A stretch of 54,002 nucleotides of DNA from a virus, in the IMG/VR virus record IMGVR_UViG_3300012117_000002, positions 1 through 54,002 of that record. One strand, 5' to 3'. This document shows, one piece after another, positions 23,885 to 33,169 of this stretch. The notes beneath the pieces are model-generated. The model was not told the origin of the DNA. It was given only the letters and a program-made list of their open reading frames with translations, and did no database searches. The translations under genes were made by a program, and so were the position numbers. Within the stretch, counting starts at the first letter, position 1, and each line of letters starts with the position of its first letter.

Positions 23885-24896
23885 ATACGCCTCCCGTAAT
23901 AGATACCTCCAGTTGCATCGTGTGAAGCCCCTGCTGGTAGTTGTGTGATGCGGACACTATCCACATATCCTGTTTGATGCCCAGCTTGGCGATCGACAGT
24001 GTAAATCCGCTACCGGCAATCAGTTCCGGCACGCCAAGCGCATTTAGTTTCAAGGTCTGCGCTTCTCTGTTATATCTTTTTAGGTATTTGGCGGCTAAAT
24101 CCGTCATTTGCTCGACGGTCATGGGCGTGTCAATTTCTTCAACCATCTGCAACACGCCCCACTGCTTCTGTGATTCCGTATAGGGCGATACGTGGGAGAT
24201 TATTCTTCCGATATCCTTGTCCGTCCGCGTTATTTTGATTCGATTGTAGACATCCTTGTCAATGCTAAGCTTATATGTGTAGTCCGTCAGCAATGAGCCG
24301 TCGCCGATGATATAATTCGTTTTGCACTGTGCCAACTCTGTAAATTCGAGCGTGCCGAAATTATCGCGGATGAAATAATACTTCCCGGCCTCATGAACGA
24401 TTGACTGTTCAATACCGTATTGAATGACCTCGTACAGTGTGCCGTTATGTATTTTGTATTCCGGAATCCACACCGATGGTGTAACGACCTTATACTGTGA
24501 ATCGGTTTTACGTCCGGCAGATTCGCCGAAATTCTCGCTGCAAACCAACTCGAATATTTGGCTGGCGGTCACGCCCTCGGTAACATAGACTTCCTTGTTT
24601 TGTAGGTACCGGATTTGGTCATAGGCGGTTATCTTGTTGTCTCCATCCTTGGATGTTTCCATCGAGAATACATAGCCGTAGAATATGCCACGGCCATTAA
24701 CGGAAAAAGTAATAATGCTGCCATTGACGATTTGCAACCGGTTGCCCGGATCGTCGCGCACCGTAAACGTACATTTGCCCGGCTGCCCGCTAATAAATGT
24801 GTCGTGCGTTACGGAATCTACCAAAGTGGTAATATCGTACATCGTGCCGGTCAATGTGTTCTGGCATTGAATAGTGTATTGCATTAAGTCACCCAC
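23868..24896 (-). CDS. baseplate hub / late-control-D-like protein (XkdQ-like)
   Basis: 342 aa, located between the LysM protein and the baseplate genes. Confidence 0.65.
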   Translation of the reverse strand: MGDLMQYTIQCQNTLTGTMYDITTLVDSVTHDTFISGQPGKCTFTVRDDPGNRLQIVNGSIITFSVNGRGIFYGYVFSMETSKDGDNKITAYDQIRYLQNKEVYVTEGVTASQIFELVCSENFGESAGRKTDSQYKVVTPSVWIPEYKIHNGTLYEVIQYGIEQSIVHEAGKYYFIRDNFGTLEFTELAQCKTNYIIGDGSLLTDYTYKLSIDKDVYNRIKITRTDKDIGRIISHVSPYTESQKQWGVLQMVEEIDTPMTVEQMTDLAAKYLKRYNREAQTLKLNALGVPELIAGSGFTLSIAKLGIKQDMWIVSASHNYQQGLHTMQLEVSITGGVYGNIS

Positions 24897-25513
24897 CCTT
24901 GTGGAATCACGTAGACTTGTCCGGGATATATAAGGTTTGGATTACTGCCGACCACTGCCTTATTCGCCGCATACAGCTCCGGCCAGTTCGCACCGTTCCC
25001 GGACAACCGCCTTGTGATCGCCCATAGATTATCACCGCTCTTGACCGTATAGGTCTGCGGAACCGATTCGGTGTTGTCTTTTCTCGGTTCTTCCGGTACC
25101 GTCGCGCTGGCAGTCTCTTCCACCGCTTGTATGACGATGATTTTGGCACCATAGGGGCGGTATTCCGACAGCGACAGGGTGTAATATACCCTGTGTTCTT
25201 CTCCTGCCTTGCGAGTATGCTTAAAGTCGTCGACAACTACGTCCATGTTAATGTCAATGTCGCTTGCTGTGAATTCACCGGCCCGCTCGGAATCCCGCCA
25301 GTCTTCGATAAATTCGATAAATTCGTCTCCATCGTCTTCGATAAAGCTTTCAATTACAAAGGTAGCAAGGCCCGGCTTGCGCGGAATTACAACCTCGCCG
25401 GTCCCGATGATATTAACTGTCTCGTTGTTCCCGGGTATTGATATTTCGATTTCTTCCGGCGCGATCGGTAACTCGTAATCACCGTCGCTTGTTTCAATAA
25501 TAATATCTATCAT
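24884..25513 (-). CDS. LysM-domain tail protein (XkdP-like)
   Basis: C-terminal LysM sequence YTVKSGDNLWAITRRLSGNGANWPELYAANKAVVGSNPNLIYPGQVYVIP. Confidence 0.85.
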   Translation of the reverse strand: MIDIIIETSDGDYELPIAPEEIEISIPGNNETVNIIGTGEVVIPRKPGLATFVIESFIEDDGDEFIEFIEDWRDSERAGEFTASDIDINMDVVVDDFKHTRKAGEEHRVYYTLSLSEYRPYGAKIIVIQAVEETASATVPEEPRKDNTESVPQTYTVKSGDNLWAITRRLSGNGANWPELYAANKAVVGSNPNLIYPGQVYVIPQGWVT

Positions 25514-27555
25514 GCCAGCACCACCCTCGAATCTGCGGCTTCTTCAAGCACTGCCGCTATTTCGTCGACAACGTAATTAACGTCAACCGTTTCCCTAACT
25601 GTACCAATGGTCAAAGACAACTGCGGTTCCAGTGTCTGAAAAGTCACTTGATAATCAATAGTTGCCAAGTCCATCAGCAGCTTAATGTCTTCGCTGGAAA
25701 TCTTGACTTCGCCAGTAGTCTTTAATGCTTTTCCGCCGCCTGGGCCCGCAGCGGTGTATTTACTTAAATCAAAATTGGTAAGTTTATCCCCGATGCCGCC
25801 CAGCTTGTCGCCGATACCTGCAAACTTTTCGGAAAATTCATTCATTGTATCGCCGATGTCTTTATATTCCCTGGGTGCAACGAACTCTTCCCAATTCATG
25901 GCTTCTTTCGCCGCCTCGCGGGCAATACCGAGTTCTTCCACCTTGCTTTGAAGATACCCGGATACCCCGGAGCCAATGTCGCTACTAACGCCTGGTATTA
26001 TTTTGATAAGATTTAAGATAGCAGTAACCATACCATCAACAACTTCAATGACTCCTATTGACATATCGTAGAACAAAACCTTTACAGCTCCTATGGGGTC
26101 TTTGAATGCATTACCAATAAAATTCACAAAGGACGCTATTGCATTCCACGCCAATGTTACAACATTGTCTACAACGGCGTACAGCGCCCCAAACCCCGCA
26201 CCTGCAACACTCAAAACATCCGTTACCGTTACCCCGGCATCAACCAGCGCAGAAGATGCAGCTGCTATTAATCCGATAATCAAAAGCAACGGCAGGTTCG
26301 CAAGTGCCCATGATGCGGCCCATATTGCCGCAGCCGCCAACACAAACACGCTAAGTATCGTTAATCCCATCACGACCTTGTCAATATTTTCATTAATCCA
26401 GGTAACGGCAGCTACAGCCTTCTGCGCCATCCAGTCAAATGCACTCGCCGTCATTTCTGATCCTATCGCCATGAGTGGGAGAAGCTGGTCACCAATCGCC
26501 TTTTGTGATTTTTCGATTGATTTGTTAAATTTGTTCATGACCGTCGCCGTTCCGTCAGTGGTCGTCCCCCATTTTCCAGTGGCGTCAAGAACTGAAACAA
26601 CGGAACCTTTGATAGCGTTGGTTATCCGGTTGATCAGGCGCATGGTGCTATATACTCCGGCAGCTTTCGATAGCCAACCGCCGAACGGATTTGCTGCTCC
26701 TTTTATTTTTTGCGCAATTCCAGAAAGTCCGTCTTGTATCTTTGCAAGCTGGCGTTCCGACTTGAGCATTTCCTTGTTCCATTCTTCGGCTTCTTTGCTT
26801 CCTGACATTTCCTTTATTTTTTGCTCCAGTTGCTCAACCTTACTTTTTTGTTGTCCATAGGCCGCATTTGCTTTCATTAATGCAACCTCTGTCCTTCCGT
26901 AGGTTCCGTTAAGCTTATCTTGTGCCGCTATGAGTTTGTCTATCACGGATTGCCGTTTTTCCGAATACGCGAGTTCCTGTGCTGCATTTAATTCGTGTAT
27001 CTTTGCTTCATTTCTATCCATGGCCTCCGTGATCCTATCCAATTCACTCTGGTAATTGGCCGCGCTCTGCGAAGCGATATTCATGGCATCATAAGCTTTT
27101 TGAAGTGCATTTTCCACCGCCAATATTGATGATGATGTTGATTGCATAGCTGCGGATGTATTTGTTGTTGCTTGATTTATTACTTGCAATGCGTCTTCTG
27201 TATCTGTTATTGATTCGGTCGCTGATTGTGCAGACGAAGATACATCATCAACGGCCTGGCTTGTTGTATTTATTGCAGCTTCGGCCGCCGACATACTATC
27301 AACTACGGCATCAATAGGATCAGCAGCATCTTGCGCGACAACTGATGTGTCCGCCAAGCTCTGATTCATTTGATCTACAGCATCTCCTGCTGTTTCTGCA
27401 TCAGTTGCTACCGGGGAAAAAACCGAACTTAATTGTTCAATTTTTTGAACAAGGTCATTCGTTGCTGATGTAGTGCCTGTCATCGCATTAGTAATACTAG
27501 CAAGGACGGCGCTCATTTGATCCTCAAGCGCCAATGTGCTACTGATCGTACTCAT
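25510..27555 (-). CDS. tail tape measure protein
   Basis: 681 aa. The N-terminus is coiled coil, the middle has hydrophobic helices, and it lies downstream of the chaperone genes. Confidence 0.9.
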   Translation of the reverse strand: MSTISSTLALEDQMSAVLASITNAMTGTTSATNDLVQKIEQLSSVFSPVATDAETAGDAVDQMNQSLADTSVVAQDAADPIDAVVDSMSAAEAAINTTSQAVDDVSSSAQSATESITDTEDALQVINQATTNTSAAMQSTSSSILAVENALQKAYDAMNIASQSAANYQSELDRITEAMDRNEAKIHELNAAQELAYSEKRQSVIDKLIAAQDKLNGTYGRTEVALMKANAAYGQQKSKVEQLEQKIKEMSGSKEAEEWNKEMLKSERQLAKIQDGLSGIAQKIKGAANPFGGWLSKAAGVYSTMRLINRITNAIKGSVVSVLDATGKWGTTTDGTATVMNKFNKSIEKSQKAIGDQLLPLMAIGSEMTASAFDWMAQKAVAAVTWINENIDKVVMGLTILSVFVLAAAAIWAASWALANLPLLLIIGLIAAASSALVDAGVTVTDVLSVAGAGFGALYAVVDNVVTLAWNAIASFVNFIGNAFKDPIGAVKVLFYDMSIGVIEVVDGMVTAILNLIKIIPGVSSDIGSGVSGYLQSKVEELGIAREAAKEAMNWEEFVAPREYKDIGDTMNEFSEKFAGIGDKLGGIGDKLTNFDLSKYTAAGPGGGKALKTTGEVKISSEDIKLLMDLATIDYQVTFQTLEPQLSLTIGTVRETVDVNYVVDEIAAVLEEAADSRVVLA

Positions 27556-27565
27556 GATATAATGT

Positions 27566-27787
27566 TCACCTGCCCCTCTTCCTTATCCTCGGCTTTGTTT
27601 GTACTTCTTTTTGCCGACGTTTTGTATCATCTATTTTATTTCCTATGCAAGCAATTACAAAAGCCTCTTCTTTTCGCGGATCGATGCATTCTTTGGAAAG
27701 TCCGACAAACTCATGCGGCTTATAGCCCATGTTAAGGACGGCATATTGGCAATATGCCGCCTCGCCGTCGGACGCTATAAGTTTTTT
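27566..27787 (-). CDS. -1 frameshift extension of the tail assembly chaperone (G/GT-like); alternatively an independent 54-aa ORF from ATG 27730
   Basis: The -1 frame stays open from the slippery site to TGA 27568-27566. It encodes ASDGEAAYCQYAVLNMGYKPHEFVGLSKECIDPRKEEAF... Confidence 0.55.
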   Translation of the reverse strand, partial: KKLIASDGEAAYCQYAVLNMGYKPHEFVGLSKECIDPRKEEAFVIACIGNKIDDTKRRQKEVQTKPRIRKRGR

Positions 27788-28152
27788 GCTTCTTCTATAT
27801 CCTTGTCAATATCGCTCAAATCGCTTATTTCCATGATTTTATTGACAATCCTTGCGGTCGTTCCGGCAGTAAATTTCCTGTTAATAAAATCCGCAACGGT
27901 ATCGCACTTTGCTTTTTCCAAAAAATCCGCATCCTTAAGATTTGGATCTATTACATGATTTTCAATAACCAAGCAATTTAACTTATTAACATCAATATCG
28001 TTATCTTTTTTTTTGCTCCGTATACGATATCCTTGCAACTGCTTCTCGGTTAATGGTTCAACCACAAACGAACCAAGTTGTTTGCTAATATATATATCTT
28101 TTTTGATTTCTGACACGTCCGGCAATAACAATAAATCCTGTAATCTACTCAT
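27775..28152 (-). CDS. tail assembly chaperone (XkdN-like)
   Basis: 125 aa, located between the tube and tape measure genes. Confidence 0.75.
   Translation of the reverse strand: MSRLQDLLLLPDVSEIKKDIYISKQLGSFVVEPLTEKQLQGYRIRSKKKDNDIDVNKLNCLVIENHVIDPNLKDADFLEKAKCDTVADFINRKFTAGTTARIVNKIMEISDLSDIDKDIEEAKNL
27781..27787 (-). promoter_or_regulatory. A_AAA_AAC slippery heptamer for -1 programmed frameshifting
   Basis: The zero frame reads gcA AAA AAC tta TAG. The site is two codons before the chaperone stop. Confidence 0.6.
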
Positions 28153-28164
28153 AAAAAATCCTCC

Positions 28165-28623
28165 TTAAACTGGTGTATTGAAATATTCCAGACCGTCTAC
28201 TTCGCTGAACGTAAAATCAAAACTTCCTTCCAACGATTCACTGTCCACGTCAAGCTGAACGATATCGCCACCATTAATACTTACCTGCCCCAACTTTATA
28301 GTTTGCCGTCCTGCGGAACTGGCCGGATCGTCGTTGGTGGCGGTAATTGTGAAAAACGGCATAACTCCCGTCTTCGCCCCTCTGATAATCATTGCGGTAA
28401 AAACCGGCGACAGCCAGTGATAGGTGCATGATCCCATTCCTGTCCATCCTGCATACTTGTGTCTTGTTGCTCTGTCCCCGAGCACATTGTACTCGCTTTT
28501 ATTAAATTCTATAGAACCGGTTAAAGTCTTAATCTCGCCCAATGTTACAACGTTTCCGCTGATAACTGCGGTAACTGTTCCTTCTCTTCCATGGACGGGA
28601 ACTGCATCAAATGCTAATGCCAT
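28165..28623 (-). CDS. tail tube protein (XkdM-like)
   Basis: 152 aa, directly downstream of the sheath gene. Confidence 0.8.
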   Translation of the reverse strand: MALAFDAVPVHGREGTVTAVISGNVVTLGEIKTLTGSIEFNKSEYNVLGDRATRHKYAGWTGMGSCTYHWLSPVFTAMIIRGAKTGVMPFFTITATNDDPASSAGRQTIKLGQVSINGGDIVQLDVDSESLEGSFDFTFSEVDGLEYFNTPV

Positions 28624-28638
28624 CTATAGTCCTCCTTT

Positions 28639-29964
28639 CTATATTACGTACACAAGAGCATACAGAGTGTCCATTGCGGCGATTGGATTAAGTCTATTAA
28701 TCGTAAGCATGACAGACGTTTTCTCTTTCCCTGCTGATATCTCAATATCGTCTGCACCCTCAAAATTATCTATGGCTCCAATTCTTTGTAGCTCGTTAAG
28801 ATATGTCAAAACATCTGACTTGAAAACGTTACGTCCATTTTCGTTGTTTTGGATTTTGTCTCTGTAGCTTCGTTCCCAAGTATCGGTAAGCCTTGTTCCG
28901 ACCTCATCGAGCACGCGAATGACTTGATTTAATCTGAAATCTTTTGAAAGCTTGCTTGTAAATGTATGCAGGCTATTTATGTCTTTTTCTGGTACGATTT
29001 GTCCGTCAATATTCGTCCTGAGTACAAACATCCCGTGCTGTAGGGCTTCTTCGTATTCGGAATTGGTGCGTGTATTTAAAATTCGTGTTGCACCTGCAAA
29101 CGCTTGTGAACCTGCCGATTCAGTCACGGATGCCCCGGCGGTAATTCCAGCAACCCAAGCAGTAGCCTCTTCGGCAGTTACCTCGACGTTGCCCATCATT
29201 ACACCGCAATCGGAATTGATAACCCCGTGATAATCAGCTGCGTCATAATTTGCAACAACAACCTGGACATATTTGCCTTCCGTGTCGCGCATTTCTTCCG
29301 CAAACTTAGCAAACTGCGCGGCGAAAGTATCATTATCCCGTGTTAATGCCATTGTCTGCCAACGCGCCTTGCGTGCCAATGCCAGGTATGCCGGGTAAGC
29401 CGTTGCCGGTGTTACTGTGCCGTTCGTGCCGCCGGTTAGAGTAATGCCGGCATTTATAGCCAACGCGCCGAATCCGCTGAATTCCACATAATCGTTGTTT
29501 ACAAGTTCCTGCACCGTGGAAGCTGTTTGTGCGTCCCGACTTACGCCGTCAACGTAGGTTGTGACCGTGAATGGGCCATCGGATTCGGTTATAGCCACGG
29601 TAATCATGTTACCCTTCGTACCGGCATATTTTGCCTTTGCTGTAAGACTACCTTGCGTTGCCGTTGCTCTTACGCCGCCGCTGTCGAGCCTGTAAAATAG
29701 CCCGAGATAGCAATTTGATAACATCAGATTCGGGAGTTTCGCCTCTTCATCAAATGCCGTCATTCCGATTTTTGCAAGACTCGTTCCGTCTGTCATATCA
29801 GTGCTGTAGACGCTAATTAGTTCCCCTTCCGGGCCCCAATTCATAGGGAACGCCATTGTTCCGATTCCTCTATCCCCAACCTGCATAGTTGGGGCTGAAA
29901 CGGCATTGAAATTTATGTATGCACCGGGCCTGACCTTGTTTTGGCTGATCCACCGTCCACCCAT
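28639..29964 (-). CDS. contractile tail sheath protein (XkdK-like)
   Basis: 441 aa. The N-terminus is GRWISQNKVRPGAYINF. Confidence 0.9.
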   Translation of the reverse strand: MGGRWISQNKVRPGAYINFNAVSAPTMQVGDRGIGTMAFPMNWGPEGELISVYSTDMTDGTSLAKIGMTAFDEEAKLPNLMLSNCYLGLFYRLDSGGVRATATQGSLTAKAKYAGTKGNMITVAITESDGPFTVTTYVDGVSRDAQTASTVQELVNNDYVEFSGFGALAINAGITLTGGTNGTVTPATAYPAYLALARKARWQTMALTRDNDTFAAQFAKFAEEMRDTEGKYVQVVVANYDAADYHGVINSDCGVMMGNVEVTAEEATAWVAGITAGASVTESAGSQAFAGATRILNTRTNSEYEEALQHGMFVLRTNIDGQIVPEKDINSLHTFTSKLSKDFRLNQVIRVLDEVGTRLTDTWERSYRDKIQNNENGRNVFKSDVLTYLNELQRIGAIDNFEGADDIEISAGKEKTSVMLTINRLNPIAAMDTLYALVYVI

Positions 29965-30023
29965 ATAATTACCTCCTTATAATTCATATAATAAATGCGC
30001 CCGCCCCAATTGGCAGACGCGTG

Positions 30024-30479
30024 CTAAATCGTGATATTTGATTCAATCTGTTCCTGTAACGGTCCGGGTTCAACCGGCTTCGCTGCCATGACGGATACAT
30101 TGCAGAAAAAGTGGAGTACGCCATCGACTTTTTCTGTCCTCCGGCCAGTCAATCGCACCGGCATGCCGTTCCACGTGATATATTCCAAGTCCGACAGCAT
30201 CCGGATACTTATATCATCAAGCTGCTGCTGCAAAAGGTTGACGCTACTTGGGTCGGCAGCGACATGATAACGAATTGTCACAAAATAAGAAACCATCCAG
30301 TGGTTGCGGCGTTCCGGTTGTATGTCAAGTGTGAGTTGCTGAATGAAGAAATGCGGGTATACAAGCAACTGAACCGGCGCGGTTTCTCGAAACCGCATTA
30401 CATTAGGGAATGCCTCGCCCAGAGCTATTACAAGTCCGCTGGTGACACTAGTTGCTGTGAGTTCATACAGATTAGCCAT
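30024..30479 (-). CDS. tail completion/terminator-like protein
   Basis: ATG 30479 lies 8 nt after AAAGGG. The position is upstream of the sheath gene. Confidence 0.5.
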   Translation of the reverse strand: MANLYELTATSVTSGLVIALGEAFPNVMRFRETAPVQLLVYPHFFIQQLTLDIQPERRNHWMVSYFVTIRYHVAADPSSVNLLQQQLDDISIRMLSDLEYITWNGMPVRLTGRRTEKVDGVLHFFCNVSVMAAKPVEPGPLQEQIESNITI

Positions 30480-30669
30480 CGGCATCACCCTTTACAGAAT
30501 ATTCGTGTTTCGTACTGTGTTTTGACATAATTTTAGCCAATCGCGGTAATATGGTTGTATCTTTTTCTGCGGCATCCTTTAAAAGTTCGACAATATCATG
30601 GAACAAGTCCGTATCCTCAATGCGAACAGAAATTCCACCATTCACAATATTGCAAGGCATCTTCGCCAT
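30472..30669 (-). CDS. hypothetical small structural-module protein
   Basis: 65-aa ORF in the head-tail joining block. Confidence 0.5.
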   Translation of the reverse strand: MAKMPCNIVNGGISVRIEDTDLFHDIVELLKDAAEKDTTILPRLAKIMSKHSTKHEYSVKGDADG

Positions 30670-30673
30670 ATTA

Positions 30674-31069
30674 TTACACCCCCTGCCTAACGCTCATTGT
30701 GGCCTCTTGCCGCGATTGATTGACCACGGGCGCGCCAATAACACCGTCATAGGTTTCAAGCACTGTGCCATCAACCACCATCTTGCGCGCTACGATTCTG
30801 TCAGCATTTTGCAAGTCTATTCCCACGGCACAATTAATGCGCAAAGCGTGGATAATAGGCACAGCGCCCACCGCTACGGGATCGGGATTATCAACGTCTG
30901 AAAAAGATATGTGAACCTTGATACCGGAATAGAATGGCACATTCGGATCGCTCGGGGCAAATGAGCCGTCGGGCAACTCAATCAATGTCGCCCTGTAAAT
31001 ATCTATCTCGTCGCTGTCCATATAATCGCCAATAATGCCGCCTATGATGCCGAAATCAAAACTATCCAT
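30674..31069 (-). CDS. head-tail adaptor / head closure protein
   Basis: 131 aa; call based on synteny after the connector protein. Confidence 0.55.
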   Translation of the reverse strand: MDSFDFGIIGGIIGDYMDSDEIDIYRATLIELPDGSFAPSDPNVPFYSGIKVHISFSDVDNPDPVAVGAVPIIHALRINCAVGIDLQNADRIVARKMVVDGTVLETYDGVIGAPVVNQSRQEATMSVRQGV

Positions 31070-31070
31070 G

Positions 31071-31415
31071 CTATCCCCTCCTAAACGGCAGCCTGAAGCT
31101 GTTTAGCTGCTTTTGCCTATCCTCGATCCGGCGTTCAATCGCCATTGTTGCCAGCGACGAATCGAATGACACCGACCGCCCAGCTTCCGAAACGCTTGTT
31201 GCTTTTCCGGTTGTTGTTTTGCTTGCGTCCAGCATTTCGTTGTATGCATCAACAACCATTTGTGCCGCGACGTAAGTTAGTTCGTTCGGCAGTTCCGCGC
31301 GATTGATGTAGTTTAATATTTGCTGTATGGTCATGTCGACATACAGCGTCAAGATTGTGTCCTTTGAAGTGTCCGTTATTCCCAGCAGGGTTTTGACAAT
31401 ATCAAGCAGGTTCAC
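31071..31415 (-). CDS. gp6-like head-tail connector protein
   Basis: The sequence LLDIVKTLLGITDTSKDTILTLYVDMTIQQILNYINRAELPNEL is typical of the gp6-like connector family. Confidence 0.7.
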   Translation of the reverse strand: MNLLDIVKTLLGITDTSKDTILTLYVDMTIQQILNYINRAELPNELTYVAAQMVVDAYNEMLDASKTTTGKATSVSEAGRSVSFDSSLATMAIERRIEDRQKQLNSFRLPFRRG

Positions 31416-31818
31416 GAGTCATCACCTCCACATCGTTATTACATGTCGGACATTTCGCAATCAAAGCTACGGAACCGCCGATGATAGATAATTGCCGGCA
31501 TTCCCTGGCTTCGCGTTTGAATATACAGCCGCAGTCGCAACATTCGAAGCGGTATGCGGGAAATACTCTTGCCCTGTCACCCTCTTTGATTATTCCATCC
31601 GTCGCCGCCTCTGTCGTCAATTTCCTGCCGCATATCGGACAGTAATTGATCTCAAAATATCCGTTTGCCATGTGATCTTTAATCAGAACAATGCCCGGTG
31701 TATCATTTTTTGCCTGATGAATTACTGCGATTTGCGGATAATTGCCATCCGCTGCGCCTTTATTAATTTCAATACCCACGCCAACACAAAATGGTTTTGA
31801 ACAATATTTACAATTCAT
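31402..31818 (-). CDS. multi-zinc-ribbon protein in the head module
   Basis: 138 aa with Cys pairs CKYC, CPICG, CCDCGC and CPTC. Confidence 0.6.
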   Translation of the reverse strand: MNCKYCSKPFCVGVGIEINKGAADGNYPQIAVIHQAKNDTPGIVLIKDHMANGYFEINYCPICGRKLTTEAATDGIIKEGDRARVFPAYRFECCDCGCIFKREARECRQLSIIGGSVALIAKCPTCNNDVEVMTREPA

Positions 31819-31957
31819 CCGTTACCGCCTCGCTTTCCGGCGCAAATATGCTTTCCTTCTTCGACTTTTTCGCAGCCGTTTTTTCAGGCTCGGCTTTCTT
31901 TTCTGTCCGTTCCTGTCGCTTTTGAATTATCTGTCTGCGGCTCAACTCACTTAGCAT
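31808..31957 (-). CDS. possible 49-aa basic protein
   Basis: Only the distal part (from ATG 31957) of track ORF 31808-32128 avoids overlap with the upstream gene. It is K/E-rich. Confidence 0.35.
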   Translation of the reverse strand: MLSELSRRQIIQKRQERTEKKAEPEKTAAKKSKKESIFAPESEAVTDEL

Positions 31958-32267
31958 AATCAACACCTGCCTTTTTAAGCAAATTCTCCACCTGCCGGCG
32001 GGACTTGCCGGAAATGTCGATACCGTTCGCGGCGGCAAGGGCGGCAATCTGTTCCTCGTATGCGTCATTGTCGCTAACGGGTTCTTCTGAAATGGCTGGA
32101 GCAAGGGTTTCCCCTTGCTCCAGTTCAATGTCGATTATTTCAGCGACGTGGGCATTGAGCAATTTTATCGCCCGCTCTTTCGATACGGTGAGTTCCTCGC
32201 CTTTACTAACCCATCCACCAAGCTCCGCATCATTGTAGCCCTGTGTAACCTTTACTCTAAAAATCAT
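31947..32267 (-). CDS. head-associated protein with Rho-N/HeH-like C-terminal motif
   Basis: 106 aa downstream of the capsid gene. The C-terminus is AANGIDISGKSRRQVENLLKKAG. Confidence 0.5.
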   Translation of the reverse strand: MIFRVKVTQGYNDAELGGWVSKGEELTVSKERAIKLLNAHVAEIIDIELEQGETLAPAISEEPVSDNDAYEEQIAALAAANGIDISGKSRRQVENLLKKAGVDYAK

Positions 32268-32278
32268 ACGCGGCCTCC

Positions 32279-33154
32279 TTAGATGGATCCCTTGTTATGC
32301 GTATACACGCCCGTAAGCTTGTTATCATAGACAAAGCAATCATGATACAGCCGGAACTGGTATTTCCATTCATCCATATCCTGATTCACGTCAGGGTTAA
32401 ACAGCTTTGGAACGGCCAGTTTTACGGCCTGAACAATTGCGTTGGGCTGAATGATCATGAAATTTATGGGACTTCCGTTAGGTACGAACCCCCAATCATC
32501 CGTTCCCGTGCCAGGCTTCAAGTTAATGGACGTGTAAAATCTTGCGGGCGGCACATAGGTAATCGGCATACCATTATACTGATTTGCGATAGTGTTAATG
32601 GTTGTGTCACTTCCCCAGCGTCTGTCAAGGGCCTGATTCAGTGCGGGCTGCAAGTCCGAATTGATGAACAACCGTCTGCCCTCGGCAGTTACTTCCCCAG
32701 CGTTCATACTTCTGGTTCCTTCGTCGATTGCGTCAACGATGTTGTCACGATCGAGCACGCCGGCCACGCTCCCCGCGCCTTTTGTGGCATATTTCGCAAA
32801 GCGGTATGCATCCAATTCCGGAATCATGTGTTCGCGGGTGAAATTACCGATCAAGGTGCCGAATGTTAAATTGAGAGTTTCCTCGTTGTCCATCCGGTCT
32901 ACTCCAAGCTCGACACCGCGCTCGATTTCAAGCAGGAAATTTTTCCATACAGCTTTTGCCGATCCTCTCGGATAGCCGTTTTCTCTGTTGTAGTCTCCGA
33001 ATCCTTTTGTCGACACCTGTAAGTATTTAACCTCCGGCGTGTTGGTGAAATCGGGCTGAATAGCCGCATCCATTCCGGCGGTCATGCTATCGGCCTTATA
33101 AATAAGGTCGACGATTGCTTGATATTTTGTTACTAATTCGATTGTGTTTGCCAT
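32279..33154 (-). CDS. major capsid protein (XkdG/P22-coat-like)
   Basis: 291 aa, directly downstream of the scaffold gene. The gene is densely coding and appears to have high-expression codon usage. Confidence 0.8.
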   Translation of the reverse strand: MANTIELVTKYQAIVDLIYKADSMTAGMDAAIQPDFTNTPEVKYLQVSTKGFGDYNRENGYPRGSAKAVWKNFLLEIERGVELGVDRMDNEETLNLTFGTLIGNFTREHMIPELDAYRFAKYATKGAGSVAGVLDRDNIVDAIDEGTRSMNAGEVTAEGRRLFINSDLQPALNQALDRRWGSDTTINTIANQYNGMPITYVPPARFYTSINLKPGTGTDDWGFVPNGSPINFMIIQPNAIVQAVKLAVPKLFNPDVNQDMDEWKYQFRLYHDCFVYDNKLTGVYTHNKGSI

Positions 33155-33169
33155 TTGTAATCACTCCTG

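Noticed and set aside
26093-26860. 255-aa plus-strand ORF. The same applies to other long antisense ORFs such as 18-668, 32297-32869, 47546-48082 and 22403-22837.
   Set aside because: Each lies entirely antisense to RBS-supported, family-recognisable minus-strand genes (tape measure, capsid and others). They have no Shine-Dalgarno sequence and give low-complexity or Cys/Pro-rich translations. They are treated as shadow ORFs.
30477-30489. A 13-nt exact match (catcggcatcacc) shared with 41902-41914. In both cases it spans the SD and start codon of a gene beginning (V)MPM.
   Set aside because: It is short and confined to the SD/start context (GGTGATGCCGATG). It is most simply a shared translation-initiation context or a small recombination scar, and flanking sequence is unrelated. 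It is noted but not considered a functional repeat.
31808-32128. Full-length 106-aa ORF overlapping the 31947-32267 gene. The same applies to nested ORFs such as 24907-25236 and 17410-17616.
   Set aside because: The proximal parts overlap better-supported genes out of frame and translate to Pro/Arg-rich low-complexity sequence. Only the distal 49 codons of 31808-32128 were kept, as a low-confidence small gene.
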